DNA of 64,000 nucleotides, taken from Macrostomum lignano (taxonomy: Eukaryota). Position 1 is the stretch's first letter; every line of letters starts with the position of its first letter. Under the pieces are notes generated by a model. It was given only the letters and a program-made list of their open reading frames with translations. It was not told the origin of the DNA and did not search any database. The DNA lies in assembly GCA_002269645.1 (NCBI GenBank), contig NIVC01002590.1:95416-159415 (forward strand). The letters are read 5' to 3'. Positions 25,864-38,700 of the stretch are shown here, in pieces. A program made the position numbers and the translations under genes.

Positions 25864-28462
25864 ATGGAGCCGCGCGATCGAACCTCGGACTCGGGGGATG
25901 TCGGCCAGGTCTACGACCAGCAGACCATGGTGGCCATCTCCATCTTCTCCTTCATGGACCGGCTGCTGTCCGCCATCAGGAGCGGCGCCGACGAGGGCGA
26001 CGCCGACAATGACAGCGAAGGCGACGGCGAACAGCCGGACGGCGAGGATGCCGGCGAGGCGGCGAAAATTCAACCGGGCGGCTACTCGGATGAAATGTTC
26101 TTTTATCTGTCTGACGCTGAGAAGGAGCAGTTCGAGTGCCGCATCTGGTGAGCCGCTGTGGGGGCGATTCTTACAGCCATTGTTTATGCCAGGGCGATTC
26201 TTACAGCCATTGTTTATGCCAGGGCGATTCTTACAGCCATTGTTTATGCCAGGGCGATTCTTACAGCCATTGTTTATGCCAGGGCGATTCTTACAGCCAT
26301 TGTTTATGTCAGGGCGATTCTTAAAGCCATTGTTTATGTCAGGGCGATTCTTACAGCCATTGTTTATGCCAGGGCGATTCTTACAGCCATTGTTTATGCC
26401 AGGGCGATTCTTACAGCCATTGTTTATGCCAGGGCGATTCTTACAGCCATTGTTTATGCCAGGGCGATTCTTACAGCCATTGTTTATGCCAGGGCGATTC
26501 TTACAGCCATTGTTTATGTCAGGGCGATTCTTACAGCCATTGTTTATGTCAGGGCGATTCTTACAGCCATTGTTTATGCCAGGGCGATTCTTACAGCCAT
26601 TGTTTATGCCAGGGCGATTCTTACAGCCATTGTTTATGCCAGGGCGATTCTTATAGCCATTGTTTATGCTAGGGCGATTCTTTCAGCCATTGTTTATGCC
26701 AGGGCGATTCTTACAGCCATTGTTTATGCCAGGGCGGGTCTTACAGCCATTGTTTATGCCAGGGCGATTCTTACAGCCATTGTTTATGCCAGGGCGATTC
26801 TTACAGCCATTTTTTGTCATTTACCTCGCCAACGGCGTCAAGCTCCATCCAACCCTACCATACCGCATCTGCAGCTTCAGCATCCTGAAGGACTGCCACG
26901 AGTGCCGCAACAGGCACCGGTTCTGCTACGGCTGCATCTACATGTGGAGCGGCCAGGAGGGCGGCGGCGCGGACTTCTGTCCGGTGTGCCGAGCGCCGGG
27001 CGAGTACGCCAGGAGCCCGGACGTCAACGAACGGCTTGGCAAGAAGCGGGTTCGCTGCTCCGAATGCAACTGGCGCGGCTGCCTGCGCGACTTTGACGGG
27101 CACGAGCACCGGCGCTACGATGAGAAGGAGCTGGCGCCGTCTGCTGGCGCCCAGCTGCCCGCGCTTAGCAGTAAGCAGAGCCTCGTGGCTGCCCAGCCAC
27201 CCCAGCCTTCCCAGACTCCGTTGCAGCCACCACCGCCTCCGCCCCCGCAAGCTCAGCCTACGGCGGCAGAAGTCCCAGTCGCCGCCCAGCCACAGCGGCT
27301 TACGCAGCCTCCGCCGCAACCGCCCCGCCTGCTGGGACTTCGGCAGCAGGGCTCCGGCCGCAGGCTGACGCAGAATTCCACGACACCCACCGCTGCACCC
27401 GTCGCTGCCACCGGCGCTAATCGTCAGGCCGGCAGCGGCGGCGGTGGCAGCCGGCGAGGCTCAACGGCAGCAGCTGGCGCGAATTCTACGGCGGGCAGCG
27501 GCGCCAGGAGACTGGCAGCGGCGACGGCCGGGACGTCTTCTCAGGAGCAGCCGCCACCGCCGCCTCCTGCGCGAACTCCGCATCCGCCGACGGCGCCACG
27601 TCCAACGAATGCGACGACAAGACCACTGGCTCGCCGGCTGCAGCAGCGTACAAGACCTCAACCGCAGGCGGCTTCAGAAGCAGCGCCACAAGCAGCGCCA
27701 CAAACAGCGCCACAAGCAGCGCCACAAACAGCGCCACAAGCAACGCCACAAGCAGCGCCACAAGCAGCGCCACAAGCAGCGCCACAAGCAGCGCCACAAG
27801 CAGCGCCTCAAGCAGCGCCACAAACAGCGCCTCAAGCAGCGCCACAAGCAGCGCCACAAACAGCGCCACAATCATCATCGACATCGACTAATTCCGCTGC
27901 GGAAACATCAACCCTGCCGCCGCCAGCTACGTTTGCCACCGGCACGGCACCGCAGGAGCCGCCGCAGCCGCCACCGCAGCCGCAGCCGCAGGAGCTGCAG
28001 TTTGCCCGCTTGAACCGTCGGGCGCGTCGCCAACCGCCGGCCATGGCGCAGCGGCTGCAGCAAAGCCGGGACCACCTGGCGGTGCTGATGGCGCTGCTGT
28101 CGGTTGAGCTGGACGAGCGCCGCCGCGCCGTCGAGCAGCACCAGCAGGAGGCGGAGCAGCGGGAGATGCGGCGCCTCCACCAGCTGGCCGAGGTACAAAG
28201 CCTCAATCGGCGACTGTCGCAGGTGGCCAGCAACCTCAGCCGGATAGTGGACGGCGGTGGCGGCGACGGAGGCATCGGGGTGGCCGCCGCTGAGCCGCCC
28301 CAGCCACCGACGCAGCCAGGTCGGCTGCCCCGACTACCAGCTGGTGGCGGCGGCGGCGGCATTCTGCATCCCAGAGTGGGGCTCGGGCCGCCCATCAGGC
28401 CCGCCTCGAGCGAGCTCGCCTCCGACTCTGAGTTGGATTTTGAGGACTCTGACACGGACTGA
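25864..28462 (+). CDS. C3HC4 RING finger protein with TRAF/Sina-like Zn finger, low-complexity region and coiled coil, 2 exons
   Basis: Exons 25864-26147 and 26875-28462. Splicing rebuilds CRIC-x9-C-x3-H-x2-CYGC-x14-CPVC. It is preceded by GGYSDEMF, typical of TRAF-type RINGs, and followed by RVRCSECNWRG..H. Confidence 0.85.
26158..26812. repeat. 30-bp minisatellite AGGGCGATTCTTACAGCCATTGTTTATGCC filling the RING-gene intron
   Basis: About 22 near-identical head-to-tail copies with no spacers. Confidence 0.95.
27675..27870 (+). repeat. Coding 12-bp repeat encoding (QAAP/QTAP)n
   Basis: GCAGCGCCACAA about 15 times, in frame in RING exon 2. Confidence 0.9.
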
Positions 28463-28574
28463 TGACGGGGCTTGAAAGTTGTTTGAAAATTTCTTGTGAT
28501 TTCAAAAACTTGTGATGTCCGAGCACTTTTCCCTTGGTGCTCGCAGCCTCTCCTGGCACTATCTTGACATCCTA

Positions 28575-28890
28575 GCCACTGCCTCTCCTGACACCCCTGC
28601 CTCTCCTGACACCCCTGTCTCTCCTGATACTCCACTGTCTCTCCTGATCCTCCACTGCCTCTCCTGACACCCCAATCTCTCCTGAGACCCCATTGCCTCT
28701 CCTGACACCCCTGTCTCTCCTGATACTCCACTGCCTCTCCTGATACTCCACTGCCTCTCCTGATACTCCACTGCCTCTCCTGACACCCCACTGCCTCTCC
28801 TGACAACCCACTGCCTCTCCTGACACCCCACTGCCTCTCCTGACACCCCACTGCCTCTCCTGACACCCCACTGCCTCTCCTGACACCCAT
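28575..28890. repeat. ~19-20 bp minisatellite CACTGCCTCTCCTGACACCC
   Basis: About 15 tandem copies. Confidence 0.9.
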
Positions 28891-29399
28891 GTGAACGGTT
28901 TTACGATGCAGATTATTGAAATGGAGCACTATCGTTCGCCATAAAAAACATAGTTACATTCTTTAATTGTAATACGAAAATAATACTACTGGATATTGTA
29001 AACTCTACCTGTAGATAGCGGCATGTAGACACCTATATAGAAGTCTAAATTTTATCCGTTTTTCCCAACGCTGCCCGCTTCATCTGCTTCAAGCGCACTT
29101 GTAGATGTACTGCTTTTCATTTTTCATTGCATTTCACTTTGCTGTACAGAAAATATCTACAGACGACTTGTATTTTCGTAGAAAGAGTTTCATATTTTCA
29201 TATCATAAAAGGAAAAATAGCAAGGCGTTTCATTTTATAACACTAATTACAACTCGATTAATTTCGGTTTCTTAACCATTTATAGTAACAAATTTTTCGC
29301 TGGCGTGCAATCTTCTATTTTGAATCGAAAAGTGCAGAAAAGTGCATCCAGCTAGGTACGAAGTAGAGAGCATATGGGACACCAGAGTGGCATGAAAGG

Positions 29400-30365
29400 A
29401 CAGTGGGGGCGCCAGGGGAGGACAGTGAGGGCGCCAGGGGAGGACAGTGGGGGCGCCAGGGGAGGACAGTGGGGGCGCCAGGGGAGGACAGTGAGGGCGC
29501 CAGGGGAGGACAGTGGGGGCGCCAGGGGAGGATAGTGGGGGTGCCAGGGGAGGACAGTGGGGGCGCCAGGGGAGGACAGTGGGGGCGCCAGGGGAGGACA
29601 GTGGGGGCACCAGAAGGGAACAGTGGGGCGCCAGGGAGGACAGTGGGGCGCCAGGGGAGGACAGTGGGGGCGCCAGGGGAGGACAGTGAGGGCGCCAGGG
29701 GAGGACAGTGGGGGCGCCAGGGGAGGACAGTGAGGGCGCCAGGGGAGGACAGTGGGGGCGCCAGGGGAGGATAGTGGGGGCGCCAGGGGAGGACAGTGGG
29801 GGCGCCAGGGGAGGACAGTGGGGGCGCCAGGGGAGGACAGTGGGGGCACCAGAAGGGAACAGTGGGGGCGCCAGGGGAGGACAGTGGGGGCGCCAGGGGA
29901 GGACAGTGGGGGCGCCAGGGGAGGACAGTGAGGGCGCCAGGGGAGGACAGTGGGGGCGCCAGGGGAGGACAGTGAGGGCGCCAGGGGAGGACAGTGGGGG
30001 CGCCAGGGGAGGATAGTGGGGGTGCCAGGGGAGGACAGTGGGGGCGCCAGGGGAGGATAGTGGGGTGCCAGGGGAGGACAGTGGGGGTGCCAGGGGAGGA
30101 CAGTGGGGGCGCCAGGGGAGGACAGTGGGGGCGCCAGGGGAGGACAGTGGGGGCGCCAGGGGAGGACAGTGGGGGCACCAGAAGGGAACAGTGGGGGCGC
30201 CAGGGGAGGACAGTGGGGGCGCCAGGGGAGGACAGTGAGGGCGCCAGGGGAGGACAGTGAGGGCGCCAGGGGAGGACAGTGGGGGCGCCAGGGGAGGACA
30301 GTGAGGGCGCCAGGGAAGGACAGTGGGGGCGCCAGGGGAGGACAGTGGGGGCGCCAGGGAAGGAC
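29400..30365. repeat. 22-bp G-rich minisatellite GGGGAGGACAGTGGGGGCGCCA
   Basis: About 43 tandem copies. Confidence 0.95.
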
Positions 30366-30634
30366 AGTGGAAGTCAGGGAATGCTGTCTATTGGATTAAA
30401 ATGAGAAGTAGTTTCTTACTTTATCGGTAATTTACTAGCAAAATGCATTATCGAAGCAGAATGAAATCATGAACTTGAACGCACAATACGCTCATAATGC
30501 ATGGCTGAGATTGTTAGCTTTTTTAAGCTGCACATGTATGTATAGTTAGGAATAAACTATAGGACTAGACTAAACTAAACTATAGTTAGAATAGCAATTC
30601 TGGGTTACAAATAGAGGCAATGATTTAGGGATGT

Positions 30635-30865
30635 TCAGTCAGGACGCACTTGGCATCGGAGCGGCAGGTGCCGACTTTGGCAACAAGCTGGGGCAGCGGC
30701 AGCGGCTGGGGAGGCCGGCCGGCTGCGGTGCCGCCGGTAGCGATTGCGGCGATCCTTAGCGGTGACGGCACAGCGGGTGAAACAGCGACGAAGCGTCTCC
30801 TCGCTGACCTGGCGGGGCGACGGAGTGGGGAGAGTGAAGACATCAACAGACAGACAGAGACAGAC

Positions 30866-30906
<41 letters not shown>

Positions 30907-31095
30907 GACAGAAAGAGACAGACAGACAGACAGAGACAGAAAGAGACAGACAGACAGAGACAGACAGACAGACAGACAGACAGAGACAGACAGACAGACA
31001 GAGACAGACAGACAGACACAGACAGACAGACAGACAGACAGACAGATAGAGACAGACAGAGACAGACAGACAGAGACAGAAAGAGACAGACAGAC

Positions 31096-31174
<79 letters not shown>

Positions 31175-33196
31175 GGCAGGCAGACAGGCAGGCAGTCTCT
31201 AACAACGCACTTGCGCAGCGCCGCAGGTAAGCACAGAGCACTGCCTCGCCACCTCGGCCAGCTTGGTCCGGTCAGCAGGCAGGAGGCTGCCCCGGCCCGT
31301 GAAGGAGGTGACGCTCAGTTCGCGCGGACTGAACAGCGCCCTGATGAGGGCGCGCACCAAAGCGTCGGTCCGTTTGGCGCTGCGCTCGGCAGAGAAACGG
31401 CGGGCGGCGGTGGAGACAGCGTGGTTCCGAGCCCATTCGTGCTGTTGTCGCGGCCGCGGAGGCGGGGGCAGCTGAATGGGCTGCTGACTCTGGTCCCGGC
31501 TGTACAGCGGCAGCTTCTGAGACAGGTAAGGAGGGAGGGAGGTGTAGCTGGCGTTGCATTCCCTCTGTAGCTGGAATCCATTCTGTAGCTGGCATCCCCT
31601 CTGTAGCTGGAATTCACCCTGTAGCTGGCATCTCTCTGTAGCTGGAATTCACCCTGTAGCTGGCATCCACTCTGTAGCTGGAATCCACTCTGTAGCTGGC
31701 ATCTCTCTGTAGCTGGCATCCCCTCTGTAGCTGGCATCCACTCTGTAGCTGGAATCCACTCTGTAGCTGGCATCTCTCTGTAGCTGGCATCCCCTCTGTA
31801 GCTGGCACTGGCATCCCCTCTGTAGCTGGCACTGGCATCCCCTCGGTAGCGTGCACATCCTCTGTTGCTGGCATCCACTCTGTAGCTGGCATCTCTCTGT
31901 AGCTGGCATTCCCTCTGTAGCTGGCACTGGCATCCCCTCTGTAGCGTGCACATCCTCTGTAGCTAACATCCTCTGTTGCTGGCATCCACTCTGTAGCTGG
32001 CATCTCTCTGTAGCTGGCATTCCCTCTGTAGCTGGCACTGGCATCCCCTCTGTAGCGTGCACATCCTCTGTAGCTGGCATCCACTCTGTAGCTGGCATCT
32101 GTCTGTAGCTGGCATCAGCTCTGTAGCGTGCACATCCTCTGTAGCTGGCATTCCCTCTGTAGCTGGCATCCCCTCTGTAGCTGGCATCTCTCTGTAGCTG
32201 GCATCCACTCTGTAGCTGGCATCCACTCTGAAGCTGGAATCCACTTCTGTAGCTGGCATCTCTCTGTAGCTGGCATCTCTCTGTAGCTGGCATCAGCTCT
32301 ATAGCTGGCATCTCTCTGTAGCTGGCATCAGCTCTGTAGCGTGCACATCCTCTGTTGCTGGCATCCACTCTGTAGCTGGCATCCCCTCTGTAGCTGGCAC
32401 TGGCATCCCCTCTGTAGCGTGCACATCCTCTGTAGCTGGCATCTCTCTGTAGCTGGCATTCATTCTGTAGCTGGCATCTCTCTGTAGCTGGCATCAGCTC
32501 TGTAGCTGGCATTTATTCTGTAGCTGGCATCTCTCTGTAGCTGGCATTCATTCTGTAGCTGGCATCTCTCTGTAGCTGGCATCAGCTCTGTAGCTGGCAT
32601 TCATTCTGTAGCTGGCATTCATTCTGTAGCTGGCATTCATTCTGTAGCTGGCATTCATTCTGTAGCTGGCATTCATTCTGTAGCTGGCATCTCTCTGTAG
32701 CTGGCATCAGCTCTGTAGCTGGCAACCTCTCTGTAGCTGGCGCCCATTTGAAGATATTCAGGGCAGACGGGAAATTCGAAAGCAGCTTTAATGCTGTTAC
32801 AAGTCCCAATACGAGAGCTGCGACTTCGCAGCTTCAGACAGCCACTCACCATGGAGCAAGCTTCCGAATCTTCAACACTAGAATCACCAGCTGTGATTCT
32901 AGTGAATGACCAGCTCTTTCACTGCCCCCGATTCTCCATCCCCATTGAAGTCTATCAGCTGATTGTCTTAAACAGCAGACGAGTGCGAAGATGAAACCGA
33001 GAGGCTGGCACAGTTGGAGTACTTGGCAGCCAGGAGTTGCAGATCGGAGGAAACCCCGGCAGCCAGTTGACGAAGCGCAGCCAACTCGCGGCGCGCGGCT
33101 GTCAACTCCGATTGGAGGGCGGAGCAGCGCTGGCAAGCACCGCTGCTGGCGGGGGGAGTGGCTGAGCCTGAAATCTGAATTGTTGTTAGGAAGAGC
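30635..33196 (-). CDS. BEN-domain protein with N-terminal coiled coil (5' exon structure only partly resolved)
   Basis: Phase-consistent exons 32890-32850, 31516-31211, 30808-30635 encode [54 protein letters not shown], a BEN-domain pattern. An upstream exon around 33000-33196 encodes the coiled coil [18 protein letters not shown], but its splice link is unresolved. Confidence 0.6.
30845..31195. repeat. (GACA)n/(GA)n microsatellite in last BEN-gene intron
   Basis: Tetranucleotide run. Confidence 0.95.
31560..32740. repeat. ~17-bp CTCTGTAGCTGGCATC(C/T) minisatellite in BEN-gene intron
   Basis: About 65 variant copies. Confidence 0.95.
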
Positions 33197-33234
33197 ATAC
33201 TAGCCAATCAGAGTCGAGCACCAATCAGAAACAA

Positions 33235-33825
33235 AAAAGACCGACCGGATTTGAATATGGCAGTTTTCAGCCAATCAGAGACCAGCAAGACTGACCGGAT
33301 TAGAACATGGCAGTTTTCAGCCAATCAGAGACCAGCAAGACTGACCGGATTTGAACATGGCAGTTTTCAGCCAATTAGAGACCAGCAAGACTGACCGCAT
33401 TTGAATATGGCAGTTTTCAGCCAATTAGAGACCAGCAAGACTGACCGCATTTGAATATGGCAGTTTTCAGCCAATCAGAGACCAGCAAGACAGACCGCAT
33501 TTGAATATGGCAGTTTTCAGCCAATTAGAGACCAGCAAGACTGACCGCGTTTGAATATGGCAGATTTCAGCCAATCAGAGACCAGCAAGACAGACCGCAT
33601 TTGAATATGGCAGTTTTCAGCCAATCATAGACCATTAAGACTGACCGGATTTGAATATGGCAGTTTTAAGCCAATTAGAGACCAGCAAGACTGACCGGAT
33701 TTGAATATGGCAGTTTTAAGCCAATTAGAGACCAGCAAGACTGACCGCATTTGAATATGGCAGTTTTCAGCCAATCAGAGACCAGCAAGACAGACCGCAT
33801 TTGAATATGGCAGTACTGAGCCAAT
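33235..33825. repeat. 50-bp tandem array, one CCAAT box per unit
   Basis: CCAAT at 33271, 33321 ... 33821, exact 50-bp period, 12 copies, mostly AGCCAAT(C/T)AGAG. Confidence 0.95.
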
Positions 33826-34214
33826 TAATTAGATATGATCAAGGATGACAGTGTAGCATCTGGACTTAAGATACCTAGAAACAACTTATTTTAGTATAGT
33901 GGATAAATACAATAAAAACCAAAACGATTTAAAAAAACTTTGAAATAGCTGATAATAATTACTTCACTTTCAGTTTTATTTTACAACAGAAAGGCTTCAC
34001 TGGAAGAGGCAGACTATAAAAGCATTTGGATCCCAGAACTAGAACTTTGCTAATTATTAGTACATACGAGTACTACTAACAATAGAACAATACTAACATG
34101 TCCAGCAAGCACTTCAGAAAGATGAAATTAACTATCAGCATGAAAAAAAATTCAACAGGATAAAAGCATAAACCAAATAGGGTGAGATCTAAGACGCATC
34201 CTTCTGCATTAGTT

Positions 34215-34600
34215 TTTCATTGGCTAGAAACTACGATCTTCTGATCCCCGCCTCTGATTGGCTAGAACTACGATCTTCCGATCCCCGCCTCTGATTGGCT
34301 AGAAACTACGATCTCCTAATGCCTGACTCTGATTGGCCAGAGGCTACGATCTCCCAATCCCCGACTCTGATTGGCTAGAAGCTACGATCTCCCAATCCCC
34401 GTCTCTAATTGGCTAGAAACTTTGATATCCCAATCCCTGACTCTGATTGGCTAGAAACTACGATCTCCCCACCCCTGATTGGCTAGAAACTACGATCTCC
34501 CCACCCCTGATTGGCTAGAAACTACGATCTCCCCACCCCTGATTGGCTAGAAACTACGATCTCCCCACCCCTGATTGGCTAGAAACTACGATCCCCACCC
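34215..34600. repeat. ~32-39 bp tandem array carrying CTGATTGGCTAG (CCAAT on minus strand)
   Basis: About 11 copies of TGATTGGCTAGAAACTACGATCTCCCC, abutting the COA7 stop codon. Confidence 0.9.
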
Positions 34601-34604
34601 GAAG

Positions 34605-35327
34605 TCAGCTAGCCGAAGTTTTCCTCGACGCGGACTCAGCAGCCGCCGAGGCCCGCAGTTGCTCGCCCATTGCCCGAAACCGATTGGCCAGAGCTTCATC
34701 TCTTGGGCCGCAGTCGCCTCTGGCGTAGGCCGTGGCCGCGTTGAAGCAGCCGTTGGCGTAGCCCAGCTCGCAGGCGCGCACGGCAAAGCGCAGCGACTCC
34801 GGCAGATCGCGTGGCTTATCCGGCGCTTCAATCATGTGCAGGGCGGACAGGTGAAAGCAGGCGGCGCCGTAGTCGGCCCGACAGGCCTTGTCGAAAGCCT
34901 CCAGAGCGCCCGGCAGGTTGGGCGCGTGACTGGCCAGGGCTTTGGCGTCGATGACGCCCAGACCGAAGCAGCCGGTCGGGCTGTCCAACTCGTGGCAGGC
35001 TCGGCTGTAAAATCGGCGCGCCGCGTGGCAGTCCCTGGCGGCGCCGCCGAGGCCGCGCAGTCGCGCGTTGCCCAGCCGCAGGCAGCTGTCGGCGTGGCGC
35101 AACGAGCCGCAGGCGTCGGCAAGCAGGCCGAGGGCCTCCTCGCGAGGCTCCTTGGCGCGCTGCTGCAGGAGGGCGTCGGCCAGGCGGTAAGCGGACTGAC
35201 CGGCTGCGGCCAGCCTGCTGGCGTCGCTGCTGCCGCCTTCCACGCGCCGTCGGGCCTCGGCGTAGATGGAGCGCAGCTCCTCCAGCGACTCAGTTGGCGC
35301 CGACTGCGTGTGAGGTGTCGGCGACTT
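34605..35327 (-). CDS. COA7: Cytochrome c oxidase assembly factor 7 (Sel1-like repeat protein)
   Basis: Single 240-codon coding exon after acceptor TTTTGTCGCAG at 35328. Sel1 repeats HADSCLRLG, RAC..GCFGLG, KAC..YGAACFHLSAL, RACELGYANGCFNA..Y..GD..RDEA align with COA7. No in-frame genomic ATG. Confidence 0.8.
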   Translation of the reverse strand, partial: KSPTPHTQSAPTESLEELRSIYAEARRRVEGGSSDASRLAAAGQSAYRLADALLQQRAKEPREEALGLLADACGSLRHADSCLRLGNARLRGLGGAARDCHAARRFYSRACHELDSPTGCFGLGVIDAKALASHAPNLPGALEAFDKACRADYGAACFHLSALHMIEAPDKPRDLPESLRFAVRACELGYANGCFNAATAYARGDCGPRDEALANRFRAMGEQLRASAAAESASRKTSAS

Positions 35328-35726
35328 CTGCGACAAAATTGTTGGCTTGTTGATGATTGGCGCGGCTCTAATCTAGTAGCTTGGCAGCTCTAATCTTATC
35401 TGATGTCTCTAATCTTATGAGTAAAAACAAGCCTAAATTAAAGATTAGATGAACACGAGTCTATTGACATATCTAATCTCATGGGTAAGCAGGAGTCTGA
35501 AAGATCTAATCTCATGGGTAAACAGCAATCTAATGGCAGAGCTAATCTCATTGGTAAACAGCAATCTAATGGCAGATCTAATCTCATGGGTAAACAGCAA
35601 CCTAATGGCAGATCTAATCTCATAGGTGAACTGCAATCTAATGGCAGATCTAATATAATAGGTAAACAGCAATCTAATGGCAGATCTAATCTCATAGGTG
35701 AACAGCAATCTAATGGCAGATCTAAT

Positions 35727-38700
35727 TGTTGGGCCTGGTGCGTGGGGTTGGGGTGCGCTTTTACTCCGTGTATTATTTGTGTTCTTAACTCTGTGTGTGT
35801 ACTCATGGTCCATGGCTCACGCTCTTTGCACGTCTCTGCTTTATCGTGATTTTAATGTACATTGTTGGTGTTTTAGCCCTGGGGTGGGGGTGGCTACTAT
35901 TGAACCTCGCTTGTAATAAATCGTATCGTTGGTTGTCGGTGCTCTTGGCACTTTCGTCTTGTCTTGCATACTCTCAGCTCATGACTTGTTCATTTAAACA
36001 TTTTGGCGTCGCAAGCAGGATCTACAGATGTCTATAAAGCTACGAGACCCACTGCCTCTCAACAACATTGAAGAGTTGCGGGCATGGATCGAGGTCTTTG
36101 ACGCCCAGGCGCGATCAAAAGGAGTGAAGGACACCGATCGCACTGATGACACAGCCGGCAATCTGGCGTTGACCGATGCCTTCCTTGGCTGCCTTGGCGT
36201 GGCACAGCTCATCAAAGTGAAGCAGCTGGTCGCGCTCAAACCGCTCTCGCAGATGAAGTGGGCAGAAATCAAGGAGTACCTCGTGCGGTTTCTGGAGCCC
36301 AAGAAGAGGCTGTTGATTGCCGAGAGAGCGGCTTTCATGTCCATGCGCCAAGGAGACGGCGAGACGGTTGCCGGCTTCGCTGCCCGACTTCAAGAGCAGG
36401 CGGTGGTGTGCGAATTCGAGAAGCTGAAGGGCGAGAATGTTGATCCAGCTGAGCAGCTGATCAAAATGCGCCTCATCGCCGGTCTCAGCAACCAGGAGGT
36501 CCGGAGCAAGGTTCTCGAGCGCGAAGTCTCCGCAGAGCTCTCGGTGAGCCAGATCACCGAGTACGTGCAGCAACTTCAGATGGTGAGCAAATTTTCGTTC
36601 GGGCCACTGACTGCCTCCGGCCAAGCTGAAGGAGACTCGGCGGTGCATCAGGCATCGCCCGCTAGCCAGGAGGTGCCAGAAGAGGATTCTGCTGGTGCCA
36701 ACAGCATCAACGCGGCTGAGATGGTGAGGCCCAGAGCCGGTGGAGGCCAGAGCTGCCAGCGCTGCGGCCAGGCGCAACATAGCAGACCGACAGACTGCCG
36801 GGCCCTGAAGGTCACCTGTCACAAGTGCGGTAAGACTGGCCACTTCGCGAAGGTCTGCCGGAGTGCCAGGACCCACTTTGTCGCACCCAACGAATCCAAG
36901 CACTCTGACTCAGCCGTGACCAGAGACGAGCCGGTTTTCTACTGCGGTGCGGGGACCCCTGCTGCATTCTGCGATGTGAAAATCAACAGAAGGCAGGTCA
37001 AAATGGAAAAGGACAGCGGCGCCTCGTGCTCACTCAACGAAGCGAAGTGCATTTTGGAGGCCAGAAGCCTAAAGTTCCTGGGCCACATCATCGATGAAGA
37101 GGGGATCAAGCCGGATCCGGGAATGGTGCAGAAGATTCAGGATGTGGAGGCTCCGAAAAGCAAGAAGGATCTAGAGCGGTTTCTGGGCTTGGCGCAGTTC
37201 TATGGTCGGTTGGTTCCCAACTTTGCTGAGAAGTGTCGGCCTCTGTAGCTTCGTCGAGCGGACCGTGTGTTTGACTGGAGTGCGGCTGCCGAGGCAGCGT
37301 TCACCAATGTGAAGCAGAGCCTGAGCTCGAATCCGTGTGTGAAACCGTTTGACGTCAACTCGCCGGTGTGTCTGCGGGTGGATGCTAGCGAGCAGTCTCT
37401 GGGCGCTGTGCTGGTGCAGTCAGGGCACCCAGTCATGTACCTCTCTCGGGCGCTGACCAAGTCTGAGGCCAACTACTCCAACATTGAGCGGGAGGCTCTG
37501 GCCATTGTCTGGGCGGCGGAGCGAGCCCGCAAGATGCTCCTGGGGAAGAGGTTCACGCTCCAGACTGACCACAAGCCACTGAAGTACATCTTCAATCCCA
37601 GCAAGAACCTTCTTAAAACAGTGTCGGCAAGACTAACTCGCTGGGCCCTGCAACTATCTGCTTTTGACTACGAGGTTGAGTATGTGCCAGGAAGACTGAT
37701 GGTGGATGCGGATGCCTTGTCTCGTTTGAGTTTTGCTGCCCAAGACCCTCCAAGTGACGCCGTGCACCAGCTGGAGCATGAAGAGGTCGTGTCAGAAGGA
37801 GCTCTTGTGACTCTGCAGGATCTTCGTGAGGGAACCAGGATGTGCGCGTTGATGAAGCGGCTGCAGCAGAGGATCAGAACAGGCCGGTGGGGCCAGGTGT
37901 CGCAGGTGGAGAGGCTGTACAAAGCGTGCCGGGAGGCGCTGTCGGTGGAAGACGGTCTGGTGATCCACGGAACCAGAATTGTGCCCCCACCTGTTCTCCG
38001 CAGGCGCATTCTGGAGGTGGCGCACGACGAGGTGCATCCGAGCGACGACAACACCAAGGCGCACATCTCCAAGGAGTTCTGGTGGCCGGGTCTCGATCGC
38101 GATGTTCGCAGCTTTGTGGAGCGCTGCCAGCAGTGCTCAGAAACTCGGCCAGTCCTGCAGTGGAGAATCGACACCTGGCCAGCCGAGAGTGAGCCGTGGT
38201 CCCGGGTTCACATGGACCATTGTGAGATTTCTGGTGTCGGCCTGCTACTGCTGCTGTCGGACTCCTACTCCGGGTGGCCTGAGGCGATTCAGGTGCCAGA
38301 CCGAACTGCGGACAGTGTCCTGCGGGTTCTGAGAGCGGTATTTGCCAGGAACGGAGTGCCTCGGACGCTGGTGTCGGACAATACGCCAGAGTTCAAGTCG
38401 GAGAAAGTGTCCCAGTGGCTGCGCAGCATCGGGTGCCAGGAGCTGCACACTCCACCGTACCATCCGGCCTCGAACGGTCAGGCAGAAAGGCTGGTGAGGA
38501 TCATCAAGGATGGACTCAAGGCGTGGACGAAGATAGTGCCGTTCGACCACTTCCTGCAGAAACTGCTGCTGACGATCAGGACCAGCCGGCCCAGTGGAAA
38601 TCGAGCGGCATCTCCGGACGTTCTGATGTGGGTTCGTCGCCTTCGCCACCCGCTAACCATGACTGAGCAGGTGGGCGATCCAATCTGGCTGAGGATGCGT

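Noticed and set aside
26158-26812. 30-bp array resembling a CRISPR array (likewise 51400-52190 and 61595-61935)
   Set aside because: Units are head-to-tail with no unique spacers, there are no cas genes, and the context is eukaryotic and mostly intronic.
29272-30399. Multiple Pro-rich and Gly-rich ORFs
   Set aside because: They derive entirely from the 22-bp satellite.
30650-31570. 306-aa + strand ORF
   Set aside because: It is antisense to the BEN exons plus the (GACA)n intron. The minus-strand spliced frame explains the region.
37246-37248. In-frame TAG in Gypsy pol as programmed readthrough
   Set aside because: It lies in the RT connection region, not at the gag-pol boundary, so it is most likely a nonsense mutation in a defective copy.
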